Positions 60,731 through 64,000 of a stretch of 64,000 nucleotides of DNA are shown here, piece after piece. The position numbers and the translations under genes are program-made. The notes under the pieces were generated by a model. That model was not told the origin of the DNA, made no database searches, and saw only the letters and a list, made by a program, of their open reading frames with translations. This DNA is from Candidatus Brocadiia bacterium (GTDB lineage: Bacteria > Planctomycetota > Brocadiia > SM23-32). How positions within the stretch are numbered: the first letter of the stretch is position 1; each line of letters begins with the position of its first letter. The stretch spans positions 1 through 64,000 of the forward strand of contig JBKHIT010000006.1 of the NCBI GenBank assembly GCA_046538485.1. Reading direction: 5' to 3'.

Positions 60731-62695
60731 TCATTTCTTCCCACCCCTCACCCTCAACATCTCCGCAATTGCCCGATCCGCCGCTTCGGCGGCTCTGCAT
60801 GTTTCGGGACTGCATCCCGGTTTCCAGAGTTTCCCGTCGTGCTGGTAAGCCCCGATGTCAGGCTTCTCACCGGAAAATGCCCCCGTGATCCCCGGCACAA
60901 CTCGTCCGGCGTTCACCAGCGGCGAATCCTCCATCGGGCGAAAATCACAGTTTTCAACATTCCGCAGCATGGGATCGCAGCCGCTCAGATTGCAGTTTCG
61001 TTTGCCACCGGGCAGGGCTTCTTCGTGCCAGTTCGGTCGACCGCCTTTGATAACGGCGAAATTATTGTAGGCTTCCGATTTCTGGTTCTGTTCGTCCAGC
61101 AGAGGCCATTGTTTTCGACGCCACGGTTTCTCCGGCTCCGCCGCGCTGTCAAGACGAATATCCCCGAACCCCTGGCCCGTCCCGTTGTCGAAACAGGTGT
61201 TATGATGGACCTGATTTTCATTCCCTTTGCAAATTATACCTTCCCATCCGCAATCCCAGACGACGTTGTGATGGATCGTCAGGCCGCGTGTCTGGTCATC
61301 TCCCCGGATACCCAGCGCGATGTGAGGCGAATGACAGCTGTGAACCCAGTTGTAGCGGAAAACGGTGCCACGGATCAGCGGCAACTGTGTGTAGAGCAGC
61401 GAGACATCCTTGCAAGCTTTCCCGCCATCGTGGATATGGCAAAGCTCCACCGTGTTCGTCGGCATGTGCCCCACATGAACCAGACAGTTTCCACCGTCAA
61501 AAACTTCGCAACGACGCACCACGCCGTGGCCTTCACTCTCTTCATCAGACCCTTTCGAAGAAAGCCTGATACCCGCAAAACGCAACGATCCATTCCAGCA
61601 AACATCCTGGACCAGACAATCTTCCACCAGCGAATGAGCGCCAAGGATCTCCAGACCCGCCATGCTGCTCCGTTTCAGACTGCACCCGCGAATGACATGA
61701 TCGCGGCCAGTCATAGTTGTCGCTGTCAGGACATTCAGGGCCTGCGGAGGTCTATCGCCACCGGGGTCGGGGAAAAACCGTCCGAAAGTCGGGTACCGCA
61801 GATGGCAATTTTCGACAAATCCGTGCGCGCAATCGCGGAATCGGAAGCTCGTACCGAGGAAACAAAAACCCGACAGCTGCACGTGGTCGGCGGTGACGTC
61901 GAACGCCAGCGGACGGCATTTAACCTCGATCTTCACATCGTTTGGGTCGGCGCCTTCAGGTGGCCAGAAATAAAGGATATTAGTCTCCCGATCGAGCACC
62001 CACTCGCCCGGTTCGGTGAGAAATTCCAATTTTCCGAACAGACAATACCGGGGGGCGTTTTCCCCTTCGGGCTGAGGCCACTCGTCCCGCTGTTCCCAGG
62101 CCGCCAGTCCCTGGAGATTCGCGTCGTATCGAAACGTCGCATCGCCCGCTTCGTGCCGGGTAACACGCCGCGACCAGGCATAAAACTGATGCGCGACGCT
62201 GAGCCACGCCACCGCGCCGGTCGCATCGATACCCATCTCTGCCAGTTCCGGATCGGTCACCCACCCGTGTCCCGTCTTCTCGGCTGCAGCCCAGTGTTCA
62301 CGGTCCACAAGCCGGTTGGCTCCCGGGCCAGGCCAGCGCGCCTCCGCCATCATTTTCGGTCCCACGAAAAGTTGCTCGAAAGGTTCATCGATTGTCGTCT
62401 TCCAGATATCGTCAGTATGTTTTTCCCATTGGGCGCTAAGCGGTTCGTTCCCGGTCAGGACCACCGTCTCGCCATTGGCAGTCTGGAACCGGATCGGACG
62501 CTCCGTTTCGCCGCCGCCCGAAACCTCGACCGTCTCCCGGTAAAGCCCCTCATGCACAATGCAGGTATCGCCGGGGGTCATGATTTCAGCCGCTTGCTGA
62601 ATGCGGCTGAAAGGATCTTCTTTGGTTCCAGACGCCGCATCGTCGCCCTGCGGAGACACGTAAAAGGTTTTCTGGTCTTTCCCTTCAGAACCCAT
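60731..62695 (-). CDS. Right-handed parallel beta-helix (pectin-lyase-fold) protein
   Basis: FYVSPQGDD..GT..PF, PGDTCIVHEGLYRE, EARWP, repeated beta-helix rungs, PDIGAY; no signal peptide. Confidence 0.85.
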   Translation of the reverse strand: MGSEGKDQKTFYVSPQGDDAASGTKEDPFSRIQQAAEIMTPGDTCIVHEGLYRETVEVSGGGETERPIRFQTANGETVVLTGNEPLSAQWEKHTDDIWKTTIDEPFEQLFVGPKMMAEARWPGPGANRLVDREHWAAAEKTGHGWVTDPELAEMGIDATGAVAWLSVAHQFYAWSRRVTRHEAGDATFRYDANLQGLAAWEQRDEWPQPEGENAPRYCLFGKLEFLTEPGEWVLDRETNILYFWPPEGADPNDVKIEVKCRPLAFDVTADHVQLSGFCFLGTSFRFRDCAHGFVENCHLRYPTFGRFFPDPGGDRPPQALNVLTATTMTGRDHVIRGCSLKRSSMAGLEILGAHSLVEDCLVQDVCWNGSLRFAGIRLSSKGSDEESEGHGVVRRCEVFDGGNCLVHVGHMPTNTVELCHIHDGGKACKDVSLLYTQLPLIRGTVFRYNWVHSCHSPHIALGIRGDDQTRGLTIHHNVVWDCGWEGIICKGNENQVHHNTCFDNGTGQGFGDIRLDSAAEPEKPWRRKQWPLLDEQNQKSEAYNNFAVIKGGRPNWHEEALPGGKRNCNLSGCDPMLRNVENCDFRPMEDSPLVNAGRVVPGITGAFSGEKPDIGAYQHDGKLWKPGCSPETCRAAEAADRAIAEMLRVRGGKK

Positions 62696-62824
62696 ATCAG
62701 ATTTCCCTTCAAAAATAACGAAGCGGAACGGACCAGCACCTTAACGGTTCTAATGTGCCCTGTCACGCAGGATTCTCTGCCCAACCTCTCCACCAGGTCC
62801 ACTCAGACCACTGTTTTTGGGCCG

Positions 62825-62851
62825 AAGGGACTTAAGGGACAGAAGTGACTT
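62825..62851 (+). repeat. 9-bp tandem repeat x3 (AAGGGACNN)
   Basis: AAGGGACTT AAGGGACAG AAGTGACTT. Confidence 0.65.
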
Positions 62852-62904
62852 GGGGTTGTGAGCGTTGTCCTGTTTGCATTGCACCGGAGGGCCCAAAAAA
62901 CAGC

Positions 62905-62933
62905 TTGACAACCCACGGACCGCCGATTATCAT
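62905..62933 (+). promoter_or_regulatory. Sigma70-type promoter for the GntR/LacI gene
   Basis: TTGACA-17 nt-TATCAT. Confidence 0.65.
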
Positions 62934-63006
62934 CTACCTTAGTTTATTGTGCTCTATCTGTTTGTATACTTTTCGACGGTTTGTTAGGGGGAAGATATCG
63001 GGAGCA

Positions 63007-64000
63007 ATGGGTTCAATGAACAAGACAAACGAACTCGGTCGAGTCACGCGAGGCGCTGTCGCGGACGCATTGCGTTCGGCAATTGTTGACGGGGAGTTCC
63101 CGCCAGGTTGCAAACTCCCGCCCCGGGAGAATCTCATCGAGCGTACAGGCGCCAGCCGGCTCACGGTCCAGCGGGGAATTGATCAGCTCAGAGACGAAGG
63201 GTTTGTCCGGGCCCACCGCGGCGTCGGCACATTCGTCACCGATAACCCGCCCCACCAGTTTCATTTCGGGATCGTCTTCAGCGGTCACCCCGAGCAGGAC
63301 GGCCAGTGGGACTCCCGCTACCGGCAGGTCGTCCACCGCGAATCGGTCGCCCTCGCCCGCGAAACCGACCCCCTTCAGGTCCATGTCTTCTACGACGTCT
63401 CCCCGGATCCTCCCAGCGAATCCTATGAGAAACTGCTCGACGATGTCGATGCCAACCGGCTGGCCGGCCTGATATTCCCGACAGCTCCCGAGAAATTCTC
63501 CGACAGTCCCCTGCTGCGAAGCTCAAACGTCACGGTGGTCAGTTTTCAGAGCCGACGTCCCTGGCTGCCCGGAGTCCTGGCCGTGGGACCGGACCAGCAT
63601 TCTTTTGTCGAACGCGCCCTGGAACGTCTCGCCGGCGAAAACATCAAATCCACGGCTTTCCTTGTGACACCCGGCTTTCTCACGCAGGTTAATCAAGAAA
63701 AAGTCCGTTATCTGATTCAAAGTGCCGACCAATACGACATTCAGTGCAGACCCGAATGGGTCCAGTTCGTCAGCCCCCGCGTTCAGTTCGGCGTCACCAC
63801 CTCCATGCGATTGCTAATGTCGTCTGATTACCCGGAACGCCCGGAAGGCGTGATCGTTGCCGACGACCATCTCATCACCCCCGCCTGCCGGGGACTCCGC
63901 GATGTCGGCCTGACCGTCGGGCAGGACGTTCAAGTGATTGGATACGCCAATTTCCCGGATCCCAATCCGCCCGACCCTGATGTGATACGCCTGGGGTTCA
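63007..64000 (+). CDS. GntR-HTH + LacI-type regulator, partial (runs off the window; absent from ORF track)
   Basis: Translated by hand: KLPPRENLIERTGASRLTVQRGIDQL...GTFVTDNPPH...RPEGVIVADDHL...ANFP...VIRLGF; paralog of 37768-38904. Confidence 0.9.
   Translation, partial: MGSMNKTNELGRVTRGAVADALRSAIVDGEFPPGCKLPPRENLIERTGASRLTVQRGIDQLRDEGFVRAHRGVGTFVTDNPPHQFHFGIVFSGHPEQDGQWDSRYRQVVHRESVALARETDPLQVHVFYDVSPDPPSESYEKLLDDVDANRLAGLIFPTAPEKFSDSPLLRSSNVTVVSFQSRRPWLPGVLAVGPDQHSFVERALERLAGENIKSTAFLVTPGFLTQVNQEKVRYLIQSADQYDIQCRPEWVQFVSPRVQFGVTTSMRLLMSSDYPERPEGVIVADDHLITPACRGLRDVGLTVGQDVQVIGYANFPDPNPPDPDVIRLGF

Noticed and set aside
60512..62848. 778-aa + strand ORF
   Set aside because: Antisense shadow of the beta-helix gene; it starts inside a repeat and has no recognisable motifs. 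The same applies to 8055-8819, 32787-33677, 48568-49461 and 56869-57729.

Overview
64-kb bacterial chromosomal window, most consistent with an anaerobic PVC-superphylum (probably Planctomycetota) organism. This is inferred from three DUF1559-type prepilin genes, two DUF1570 peptidases, cytoplasmic sulfatases and a Re-citrate synthase. About 1-37 kb is mainly housekeeping: MFS, Re-citrate synthase, uvrB-comEA, plsY, rluD, lolA, ogt, coaD, a DUF502-hpf-PTS operon and an RND pump. About 37.3-64 kb is an accessory catabolic region of GntR/LacI-type regulators, prepilin-like genes, sulfatases and glycosidase-like enzymes, with no recognisable transporter. Three intergenic stretches (1-900, 51.6-52.6 kb, 59.8-60.7 kb) are mosaics of shared palindromic repeat modules in conserved order. 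The best candidate for an undescribed system is a small GIY-YIG nuclease gene placed between the two arms of a GTCATTGCGAG...CTCGCAATGAC cruciform repeat, with two 'empty' copies of the repeat nearby. Other notable items: a cassette-like sub-array in the repeat mosaic, a tandem HPr whose second domain has His15->Ser and Ser46->Asp, an esterase-D-serine dehydratase fusion, a ~355-bp MITE-like element and a 59-aa membrane protein missed by the ORF track. I found no rRNA, tRNA or CRISPR array. All family calls are from motif recognition by eye; no database search was run.
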